A stretch of DNA of 64,000 nucleotides from a virus, in IMG/VR virus record IMGVR_UViG_3300025626_002025; one strand, given 5' to 3'. The position numbers and the translations under genes are program-made. The notes beneath the pieces are model-generated. The model had not been told where the DNA came from, did not search any database, and saw nothing but the letters and a program-made list of their open reading frames with translations. This document shows, piece by piece, positions 28,556 to 36,789 of this stretch; the stretch's first letter is position 1, and every line of letters starts with the position of its first letter.

Positions 28556-30000
28556 AATTTTATGTTTATAAATTTAGCATTTGGTGTTATTTCTTCAACA
28601 CTTACTAATTCATATTTTAATGAATTCATTCCATCTGATTTGTAATCCCATGTACCTTGTTGCATTTGATGGACAAATCTTTTTTCATTTGCAGCAGTTG
28701 TTTCACCCTTAGCCCAAACTTCCTTACCATCACTATTTTTGACCAATCCCTCATCCTTATGTGGTAAACAATACATTTTACCAGGTACTCTATGTGGTAC
28801 GGTTGTGTATGGTATTTTTACAACATCTTTTTTGAATGTACAATTATGTACAATTGCATTGTTATCATTGTTAGTTTTATCCATCATTAACCCATCTTTA
28901 CAATCGTAATGTAGGATTAAACCATCATCTTCAACTTCGTTATGAATATTAGATACCTCATCCTTAGTTAACGCTCTGTTCCACATTCTCACATCTGCAA
29001 TATCACCTCTAAACCATTTTGATGGTTCTGTATCTGCAACTGATGTAGTTGTTCCAAGATAATAACTTGTATTACCATATCGTTTTAACATTCCCTCAAA
29101 TGATTGTGGTGAAGGTGTTCCTGTTCCCCATCTTGCATCAGATTCCTTTCCATTCATATAAAAATGAATATCATTTCCATCAACTACTAAGGTAATCCAA
29201 GACCATCTATCTTCATAGTTTTTCATCCATTGATAGATGTGTTCTCTTTGGTTGTTCCAAAGAGTTGCGGTATATGTTCTTGAGTTATTGTAACTAAATC
29301 CATAGTCATATCCTGGTCTACGAAGAATTGGATATTCACAAAATCTCCTATCCATATCACCAACTAACCAAATTGGAACTTTTTCTTCTTGTTGATGTGC
29401 TCTTACTAATACTGAAATAGTATGTGAACGAGATGTTAAATTTCGTAATTGTCTAGTACATGGTATTTCTGCATAAGATTTATATCCATCAAATGAAATA
29501 AAATCTTGTGGAGTTTTATCGAAATCCATATATTCATAATTAGCATATCCCTCTAAAACACATCTCCAAAACAAATCATCATCTTCCATTCCCCAATCCC
29601 AATAATCATTTGAATAACCATTGGTTCTTTCAACTTGTTCTTTAGAAAATAAAATTGCACCTCCAAAATACTCTTCATATTTTAGTTCATAGTTCATTTG
29701 TGAGATTTGAGTTGCAATATGTCTAGGTTTATCTTTTGGAAAAGAATAATCAGCACCTCCATCTTCTTCAGGAATCATATCAATATCATGATATACAACA
29801 TAATCACATCCTTCTTTGAACGCCCACTCAGCAGCGATGTTTTTAGTTGCTCCTCTGTTGAACAACTTATCATCTACTTGATGACCAAAATAAATTTGAT
29901 AATCAATTCCCCTATCCTTAAGGTATTTACCAATCTTTGGTATAAATTCTTTTAGATGTGATTCTCTGTTTCTATATGGTACACAAACTCCTAACTTCAT
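28552..30000 (-). CDS. GT7 (beta-1,4-galactosyltransferase-like) with inserted LamG domain, paralog 1
   Basis: VPYRNR, FNRG, HDID, YFGG, NGYSNDYWDWGMEDDD; LamG-like region (W..ITLV, FRGDIADVRMWNRALT); GT7 tail DGMNSLKY. Confidence 0.88.
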   Translation of the reverse strand: MKLGVCVPYRNRESHLKEFIPKIGKYLKDRGIDYQIYFGHQVDDKLFNRGATKNIAAEWAFKEGCDYVVYHDIDMIPEEDGGADYSFPKDKPRHIATQISQMNYELKYEEYFGGAILFSKEQVERTNGYSNDYWDWGMEDDDLFWRCVLEGYANYEYMDFDKTPQDFISFDGYKSYAEIPCTRQLRNLTSRSHTISVLVRAHQQEEKVPIWLVGDMDRRFCEYPILRRPGYDYGFSYNNSRTYTATLWNNQREHIYQWMKNYEDRWSWITLVVDGNDIHFYMNGKESDARWGTGTPSPQSFEGMLKRYGNTSYYLGTTTSVADTEPSKWFRGDIADVRMWNRALTKDEVSNIHNEVEDDGLILHYDCKDGLMMDKTNNDNNAIVHNCTFKKDVVKIPYTTVPHRVPGKMYCLPHKDEGLVKNSDGKEVWAKGETTAANEKRFVHQMQQGTWDYKSDGMNSLKYELVSVEEITPNAKFINIKL

Positions 30001-30410
30001 AGTGTATCCGCTATTAACTTTTTAAACTTAGTTGTACTCCAACCATGGTCTCTATTTAAATAATGAACTGGTACATCTAATTCGAAACCTGTGTATGTTT
30101 TACCACGATAATCATCTCCTAAAAATCTGATATCTGGATTTAATCTGTATATTAAATCTACCAATTCTTTTTCGTAAGTATAATACGCAATTCCATTTAT
30201 AAATTTTATTGAGGTTAAAATTTCTGTTCTTTCTTGTTTAGTAAGAATTGGTTTTAGTTTCTCTGGTCTTTCTATTGATGGGTCTATGTGTAAAAGAATT
30301 ATAAGTTGTTTACAATAAGTTTTACACTCTTTAAACATCTTAATATAACCTGGATGTATTACATCGAAGTTACCGGCAATCACTCCCATATTATATTTAT
30401 TATCCATCAT
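29997..30410 (-). CDS. Small cytidylyl/adenylyltransferase (TagD or HldE C-domain-like)
   Basis: GNFDVIHPGY, ER..IL, LGDDY, WSTT. Confidence 0.88.
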   Translation of the reverse strand: MMDNKYNMGVIAGNFDVIHPGYIKMFKECKTYCKQLIILLHIDPSIERPEKLKPILTKQERTEILTSIKFINGIAYYTYEKELVDLIYRLNPDIRFLGDDYRGKTYTGFELDVPVHYLNRDHGWSTTKFKKLIADTL

Positions 30411-31861
30411 AACTCTATTGATATTTTACTTATTATTCCGTTTTCTTCTTTTTTTACTTCTTTAAATCTAAGTGTATTGATTCCATCAATTCTAAAATCA
30501 TCTATGTTAGTTCTAACTTGATTATAATATTTTAATTGATTTTTTCTTGTTTCGTTATGTACCCACTTATTTCCAATAGAAGAATTGCTTTTATGTTTTA
30601 ATGACTTAAAACGAGATTCTCTACGATGTGGTTTTGGTAGAAAAGTTTTAAAGGATTCACTAGACTTATATAAATATATATTGTTTAAATAAACATCATA
30701 TTTTCCACCCAAATCGATTGATGTAGTTGATGTTGATATTTCTGGTAATATTTGTGTATGTAAAAATTCACTTGATTTAAAGTTTCCAAAATTTCTAAGT
30801 TTTGGTTTAGTTGGGTTTTGTGATATCTCAAAAACTTCATCATCATTAAGAGCAATATCATATATCTCGATACTCGATATTAATCCATAAAAGAAATCTT
30901 TATTTGATGGCTTACCATTTCCAATACCAATAAAAATTTCATCAGATGATAATTGTAATATTTCATTATTCATTTTTTCTGTACCAACAAGTTTACCATT
31001 CATGTATAATTTTATTGTATCTGAATTTTCATATACCATGGTTAGATGAACCCATCTCTCACCAACAACATCGGTTGAAACCGAATATGGTTTTTTATCC
31101 AAATCATATGATTGGCAGAAAAATCTTCTAAATGAATTATAAAATAAACCCGTATTGTAACCAGGTATTGATAGTATAGGAAATTCATCATATTCTTTAT
31201 TTTCACTCAAAGGTATATCTTCTGGCTTTACCATAACAGAAATAGTAAACTCATCTTCAAGTAAATGTAATTTTTTAGTAGAAAAACACTTTATAAAAGA
31301 ATTCGTCCCATTAAACTTAAATGATTCTATTTCTTTAATAGTTTCATTACCGAAAGATTCAGTATCAATTTCTAAATCTGATTCGATGCATCTAATTAAT
31401 AAATCATCATCTTCGAATCCCCATCCCCAATAATCATTTGAGAATCCATTAATAGTTTTGAAATCTTCTTTTGTAAACATTGTTACTCCACCGAAGTAAT
31501 CAAAGAATGTAGTTTCGTAATCGTGTTCTTGTAGGTGTGTTGCTAAATGAAGTGGTTTATCTGAATAAGAATAATCCACATCTTCAGGTAACATATCGAC
31601 ATCATGAAATACAAAATAATCGCACCCCTTATCCAAGGCATACTTATATCCTGCATTCAGAAGTTTACCTCTGTTAAAAGGTTTATCATCTGATTGTTCA
31701 ATGATGAAGATTTCGTAATCAATATCCTTAATATAATCTTTCATATGAGATAAGAACCTTTTCAGTTGTTGTTCTCTATCTCTATATGGAACTATTATAC
31801 CAAGTTTATGATTTACTTTCTTCTCCTTGAGTTTCTGTGTTCTCTTGGATTCTCTCAGCAT
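30407..31861 (-). CDS. GT7 with inserted LamG domain, paralog 2
   Basis: VPYRDR, FNRGKLLN, FHDVD, YFGG, NGFSNDYWGWGFEDDD; LamG WVHLTMVY...LYMNG; tail DGINTL. The start codon is uncertain (56-bp overlap with the upstream ORF). Confidence 0.88.
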   Translation of the reverse strand: MLRESKRTQKLKEKKVNHKLGIIVPYRDREQQLKRFLSHMKDYIKDIDYEIFIIEQSDDKPFNRGKLLNAGYKYALDKGCDYFVFHDVDMLPEDVDYSYSDKPLHLATHLQEHDYETTFFDYFGGVTMFTKEDFKTINGFSNDYWGWGFEDDDLLIRCIESDLEIDTESFGNETIKEIESFKFNGTNSFIKCFSTKKLHLLEDEFTISVMVKPEDIPLSENKEYDEFPILSIPGYNTGLFYNSFRRFFCQSYDLDKKPYSVSTDVVGERWVHLTMVYENSDTIKLYMNGKLVGTEKMNNEILQLSSDEIFIGIGNGKPSNKDFFYGLISSIEIYDIALNDDEVFEISQNPTKPKLRNFGNFKSSEFLHTQILPEISTSTTSIDLGGKYDVYLNNIYLYKSSESFKTFLPKPHRRESRFKSLKHKSNSSIGNKWVHNETRKNQLKYYNQVRTNIDDFRIDGINTLRFKEVKKEENGIISKISIEL

Positions 31862-32075
31862 CTCTTGATGGTCTATTTGATGTTCCTACTGTTTTTGATT
31901 TTGCAATTTGATAAAATTCGTTTAGATACCATTCAAATCTTTCTTGCCACATATCTGCATCCAAGTCATATATCCAATCGTTAATTTCACCAATTGATTT
32001 ACCAATTGATTCAAGAGCTTTTACACCTCTTTCCTCCAAGTTATCGTTACTTGTTGTTTTCGTTGTCTTTGCCAT
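31806..32075 (-). CDS. Hypothetical small protein
   Basis: 89-aa ORF overlapping both neighbours in the operon. Confidence 0.6.
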   Translation of the reverse strand: MAKTTKTTSNDNLEERGVKALESIGKSIGEINDWIYDLDADMWQERFEWYLNEFYQIAKSKTVGTSNRPSRDAERIQENTETQGEESKS

Positions 32076-32685
32076 AATTGTAATTTAGTTTTTTATTTTC
32101 TACTAATTCTGTTAATAATTTTTTAAACATCCATCCTTCGTGTGATTTAAAATCAATAGAGAACGATGCTTCTTCTATATAATCTTTAAGTTTTACTGGT
32201 TTCCATTTTAATTTTTCCAATTCTGATTCTAGTTTTGGAATATCCCACTTTACTTCTTCTAAGTAGTCTTTTATCTTTTTTGGCTCCCACTTTAACTTTT
32301 CAATCTTTGCTTTTAGTTCTTCTATCTTCCACTCTAATTCTTCTATTTCGTTATTTTTATCATCTAATTCAAATTCAAGTTTTTCCATTTCTGCAGTTTT
32401 TACAACTACATTTGTATTTGCTTCATCTAACCTAAAAGTTTTTTGTTTTATTTCTTCCTCGGTTTCATCTATTCTTGGTTGATTATCCCAATACCTTTCA
32501 AAGTATTCACCAATATGAGAATTATTATGTTTAGAAGTTTTAAGTAAAGTTTCTAAAATCATAATAATTTTTAAAAATATAGCATTATCCTTAACACCTG
32601 GTTCAATAATATCTTGTAGACTATTATCTATGTGCTCAAGGGTTCGTACTACCTTTTCGTTATGTAACAATTCTAATAAGTTCAT
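32047..32685 (-). CDS. Coiled-coil protein with internal duplicated EKLKWxPxKxKDYxEE repeat
   Basis: Heptad-rich segment and two copies of the repeat in the translation. Confidence 0.65.
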   Translation of the reverse strand: MNLLELLHNEKVVRTLEHIDNSLQDIIEPGVKDNAIFLKIIMILETLLKTSKHNNSHIGEYFERYWDNQPRIDETEEEIKQKTFRLDEANTNVVVKTAEMEKLEFELDDKNNEIEELEWKIEELKAKIEKLKWEPKKIKDYLEEVKWDIPKLESELEKLKWKPVKLKDYIEEASFSIDFKSHEGWMFKKLLTELVENKKLNYNYGKDNENNK

Positions 32686-34117
32686 AATCTTCTTTATCTT
32701 GTTTATCTAATATTTTATAAGTTAATGATGATAGTCCAATAGTGGTATAATCTAATTTATCTGTTAGTACCTCATGAAAAAATATATCAGCATTTTCTTC
32801 AATATCAGGATTATATTTATAATATTTTTTTATTATCTCAGTATCATCCTCATGTACTAATGATTTATATTCTCCTTGCAATCTTATTGGTAAATATATT
32901 GGAGTTGTTACATCTAAAGTAATTTCCTCTACATCAAATGGTCCTTCCAATTTTAAGTGATTTAAATTTTTACCCTTATCTAATAATAATCTATTTTTAT
33001 AAAAAGTTTTAAAGTCATATATACTACAAATATTAAACCCAAATTTATTTTTCAAATTATTAAATGAACTTTCTCCATCATAAAATAAAGCAGATACTAT
33101 TTCTTCATTAATTTTTGTATTTGAAGTTAATATTGATGAGATTTTAATATCACTTTGTGTATCTGAAATTTTAACTGTATGTTTTGTATAATCAAATAAA
33201 TCGAAATTTTCTTTTAGTTTAAGAGTTTCTAATTTATTATTGAGGTACATAAAGATACCATTGTTATTTTTACCAAATATAACATGATTCCATTTTTCTT
33301 TTTTATAATCATGAGATACCTCATAGTGTATTTCATCTTTATCCCATATCTGACCTAGTACATGCTTTCCATGTGATAAGAATACACCAGTATCACAACC
33401 TTCAAATGAAAATAAGTTTTTTACTTCTTCTGTATTCTTTGAATCTTTGAACCAAAATGAAATAAAAAAATCTCCATTTATTAATTCATTTGTCATATGA
33501 TTTATATTTCCATAAAATCTACTTTCAGCACCAAGTGATATTGTATTTATTTTATGGTTTCTTTTATCTGTACCTATTTCTACATTTTCTATCCTATATG
33601 GTAACACATCAGTAATATCATATCTTTCATATGTTTGATTTATATCATAAAACTTTTCTAAATACGCTCCACTTCTTTCTAATCTATAAAGTAAGTCTAA
33701 ATCATGAAAACCATAACCCCAATACTCATTTGAGTATCCGTTTGCATTTTCAAAATCTTCTCTACTGATAACATTAACTCCACCAAAATATTGTGGATAT
33801 GGCATCTTGTTATCATGTGCTTCAACATTAGTTGCTAAGTGAGTTGGTGATTCGGGATAAGTATAATCACACTCATCATTCATTGGTAACATATCTATAT
33901 CATGAAAAGCAAAGTAAGTGTATTCTTTACCAACTTCTTTACTAACAACATTACATAATTTACCATAGTTAAAAGGTCTATTATCTGTTTGTTCTGCAAT
34001 AAAAATAGTGTAATCGATTCCCTTATCTTTAAGAAACTCTTGCATATGAGGTATGAACACATCTAAGTGGTCTTGCCTATCTCTATAAGGAACAATAATT
34101 GCTAACTTATCTATCAT
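32660..34117 (-). CDS. GT7 with inserted LamG domain, paralog 3 (divergent active site)
   Basis: VPYRDR, FNYG, FHDID, YFGG, NGYSNEYWGYGFHDLD (EDDD replaced by HDLD). Confidence 0.85.
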   Translation of the reverse strand: MIDKLAIIVPYRDRQDHLDVFIPHMQEFLKDKGIDYTIFIAEQTDNRPFNYGKLCNVVSKEVGKEYTYFAFHDIDMLPMNDECDYTYPESPTHLATNVEAHDNKMPYPQYFGGVNVISREDFENANGYSNEYWGYGFHDLDLLYRLERSGAYLEKFYDINQTYERYDITDVLPYRIENVEIGTDKRNHKINTISLGAESRFYGNINHMTNELINGDFFISFWFKDSKNTEEVKNLFSFEGCDTGVFLSHGKHVLGQIWDKDEIHYEVSHDYKKEKWNHVIFGKNNNGIFMYLNNKLETLKLKENFDLFDYTKHTVKISDTQSDIKISSILTSNTKINEEIVSALFYDGESSFNNLKNKFGFNICSIYDFKTFYKNRLLLDKGKNLNHLKLEGPFDVEEITLDVTTPIYLPIRLQGEYKSLVHEDDTEIIKKYYKYNPDIEENADIFFHEVLTDKLDYTTIGLSSLTYKILDKQDKEDYELIRIVT

Positions 34118-34956
34118 ACTTTTATTATAACATTTGAAAGTTCATTCCACTTTGTATAATCAAAGTAAGAATTATCTTCCATTTTTTCAAACATAAATTC
34201 AGGATTATTTATATCGATTTTCCAATCATTAATCTGAATTCCTCTGTACATTTTTTTATATTCCTGCCAATAGGAATAATCTTTTTTTGTTTCTGATACT
34301 TCTTTTAATCTTTCAAGAACGGTTGAATCCCATTTAAAATGATGAACTTGTACAATCCCATTTTCTATTGGATATCTTTTAGGATGATTCCATCCTCGTT
34401 CTCTCCAAGTATCAGTATCACCGATTACTGCAAAATGTTGTCCATGTGTTACATCAACTGAACCTTTCATTACACAACATTTGTTTGGCATCGCTCCACT
34501 CATAGGATATCTAAAAAATCCTGCAAGTGGAAACGATTTCCAAATATTAGTTTCTTTTGTTACCAAAGGAAACTCTCCTCCCTCTCCTATCCTATCGAGG
34601 AATCCTCCTGTGATAAACTCCCATCCGTTTTCATCACACTCTGAAATCATTTCTCTGATATCAGTTGGATAAACATGAAGTTCATCATCATCCGAAACCA
34701 CCCACCATTCGTTTGGTTTGGTTTGTTTAACTTCGTTATATAATTGAGTTACTCTTTCCCAATTAAATTTTTCTTCGGTAACTATTTTGTAGGGTTTGAT
34801 ACCGAGATTTATTACATCTTCTAAAATACCATCTAAGGTATGTTGTCTATAAACTACTACATAAATTTCATCTACAATATCTTTGTAGTGATTTATCATA
34901 TGTGGTAGGATTGTTGTATTGTGGCCAACTACTGTGACCAAGTTTACTTTTGGCAT
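34114..34956 (-). CDS. GT-A fold glycosyltransferase (GT2-like)
   Basis: LPHMINHY, WWVVSDDDE (DxD), HGQH, HHFKW. Confidence 0.78.
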   Translation of the reverse strand: MPKVNLVTVVGHNTTILPHMINHYKDIVDEIYVVVYRQHTLDGILEDVINLGIKPYKIVTEEKFNWERVTQLYNEVKQTKPNEWWVVSDDDELHVYPTDIREMISECDENGWEFITGGFLDRIGEGGEFPLVTKETNIWKSFPLAGFFRYPMSGAMPNKCCVMKGSVDVTHGQHFAVIGDTDTWRERGWNHPKRYPIENGIVQVHHFKWDSTVLERLKEVSETKKDYSYWQEYKKMYRGIQINDWKIDINNPEFMFEKMEDNSYFDYTKWNELSNVIIKV

Positions 34957-35726
34957 TTCTGAAGAATTGTTAGACCCGTAGAAGATGGTCTAGTTTTAAA
35001 TATACCATTATTGAAAAAGTTAAAAATTTCCCAATCACTATCATCACTCAGTTCTTTTACTAATTTAGATGGTCCGTTTGTTATATTATCTTGATGATTT
35101 TGACTCTTAACATCTTCTGTAACTATTAAATCTTTTTCGAATGATTCATCTGTATCATGTATTGATATAATTCCATTTGGAGAAAGTATTTTAGAGTATA
35201 ACTCAAAGTCTTGTTTTACATCTTCATAAGAATGACCTGCATCAATATGTAAATAATCAATTTTAATATCTTCTTTTACAAAAAAGTTATAATATGCGTT
35301 TTCTGTTGTTTCTAATATAATTCTTGGAAAAAAGTTTTTTCTTAGAAAAGAATCCCCATTCTTCCAATCTACGTTTCCACCAATTCCATTTGCAGCATCA
35401 ACAAGATATGTACTTCCTATATCACCCCAATTAAAATCTCGGTTTCCTTCAAAGATTTGTGAATCATATAAATCAACTCTTGCTTGTGTCATTATTCTAG
35501 GAATGAATCCACCCCCACTACCCAAACAAACACAAACTTTTGCTCTCATATAATGAATTATAGAGTAAATTAATAAACCATCACCCAAAGTTAAATCAGT
35601 AGCCCCATGTGTCCAACGATATGGAACAGGAGTATGCTCATGAAATTCTTTTCCATTTACATCTAATTTTGGTTTTTGATTATTTGTTAAATATTCTCGA
35701 AGATAATCAAGATTTAGTAATGTCAT
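34944..35726 (-). CDS. Class I SAM-dependent methyltransferase (Methyltransf_24-like)
   Basis: CLGSGGG, IDYLHIDAGHSYEDVKQD, L..NGIISIHD. Confidence 0.88.
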   Translation of the reverse strand: MTLLNLDYLREYLTNNQKPKLDVNGKEFHEHTPVPYRWTHGATDLTLGDGLLIYSIIHYMRAKVCVCLGSGGGFIPRIMTQARVDLYDSQIFEGNRDFNWGDIGSTYLVDAANGIGGNVDWKNGDSFLRKNFFPRIILETTENAYYNFFVKEDIKIDYLHIDAGHSYEDVKQDFELYSKILSPNGIISIHDTDESFEKDLIVTEDVKSQNHQDNITNGPSKLVKELSDDSDWEIFNFFNNGIFKTRPSSTGLTILQKCQK

Positions 35727-35744
35727 AACTTTCTTATTGTCTTA

Positions 35745-35782
35745 TATAAATATAATAAAAAATAATAAATGTATATAAATAT
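35745..35782 (-). promoter_or_regulatory. Tandem putative late promoter motifs ATATTTATA (35745-35753, 35774-35782)
   Basis: Two copies in the 59-bp gap heading the glycan operon. Confidence 0.65.
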
Positions 35783-35785
35783 ATA

Positions 35786-36778
35786 TTAGTTAAATAGATT
35801 TACAACATCAGTTGTCCATCTTGATTTATCATCATATTTTTTTAAATATTCTTTTAATTTATAAAATTCATTTGTATGAACTGATTCACTATCGGATAAA
35901 ATTAATTCATATATTTTTTTAAACTCATTTTTTGATGATGCTCTATATCGATAATCAACATCTCCCCAATCAGAATGTATGATAGGTAACTTACCATAAT
36001 CAACTGATTGGAATATAGAATAACCAAATGGTTCTTTAGTATGACATGAATGTGAAATACTCCATTTAAGGTTCATAAAAGAGTTTAGTATATCGATACT
36101 CCATTTAAAATATTTAGTTCGTTTAAAATCATAATATCCACTTTCATTTATATTTTTCCAATCATAATATCCACTTAAAACATATGATGGAAGTGAATCC
36201 AAATAATGTACATTTTTCCTTGATTCTATTCTTGATGCAAATCCTATTTTATTATTTATTTTACCAAGTTCTATATTATGCTTAAATTCGTAAAAGTTTG
36301 TTATAGTTTCTGTTTCGAAATCATTAAATATTTCAGATGGATTATTTCCAATCCAAATTCTTTTTTTACAATAAGTAAGTAATTCTATTACATCATCTTC
36401 TACTACATTTGTACTAAACTGTCTAAGAGAATCTCCATATTGTAACATATCAGGTAGATATGCTTGTACAAAAATAGTTCCCCACTTATCTTTATATTTC
36501 CATAGATGGTCTCGTTTGTGATAATTTGCATGCAAAAAATGTATTTCACTACACATTTTTAAAATAAAATCTGTCTTTTTTGCATCTTCTAAGTGAAAGT
36601 GAAGTTTTCCTAGTTTTTCAAGATTGTAAGTATCTCTCCATCCAATTGGTTTTTTAGAATCTACCAAAATATAATATTCAGAAAGATGAGGCAAAACTAA
36701 TTCTATAAAATTATTAGTCCACATATCAGCACCACCTTGAATGATGTTACCACAACCTGTTGTTACAAAAACCTTCAT
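35786..36778 (-). CDS. GT-B glycosyltransferase (GT4-like)
   Basis: GGADMW near the N-terminus, R...RKN, EPFGYSIFQS.DYG.LP; likely start MKVFV at 36778. Confidence 0.78.
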   Translation of the reverse strand: MKVFVTTGCGNIIQGGADMWTNNFIELVLPHLSEYYILVDSKKPIGWRDTYNLEKLGKLHFHLEDAKKTDFILKMCSEIHFLHANYHKRDHLWKYKDKWGTIFVQAYLPDMLQYGDSLRQFSTNVVEDDVIELLTYCKKRIWIGNNPSEIFNDFETETITNFYEFKHNIELGKINNKIGFASRIESRKNVHYLDSLPSYVLSGYYDWKNINESGYYDFKRTKYFKWSIDILNSFMNLKWSISHSCHTKEPFGYSIFQSVDYGKLPIIHSDWGDVDYRYRASSKNEFKKIYELILSDSESVHTNEFYKLKEYLKKYDDKSRWTTDVVNLFN

Positions 36779-36789
36779 TAATTTTATTT

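Noticed and set aside
11206-36778. Host-derived O-antigen/capsule locus (bacterial contamination)
   Set aside because: Same strand, apparent composition and promoter motif as the flanking phage genes, and no export or polymerase components.
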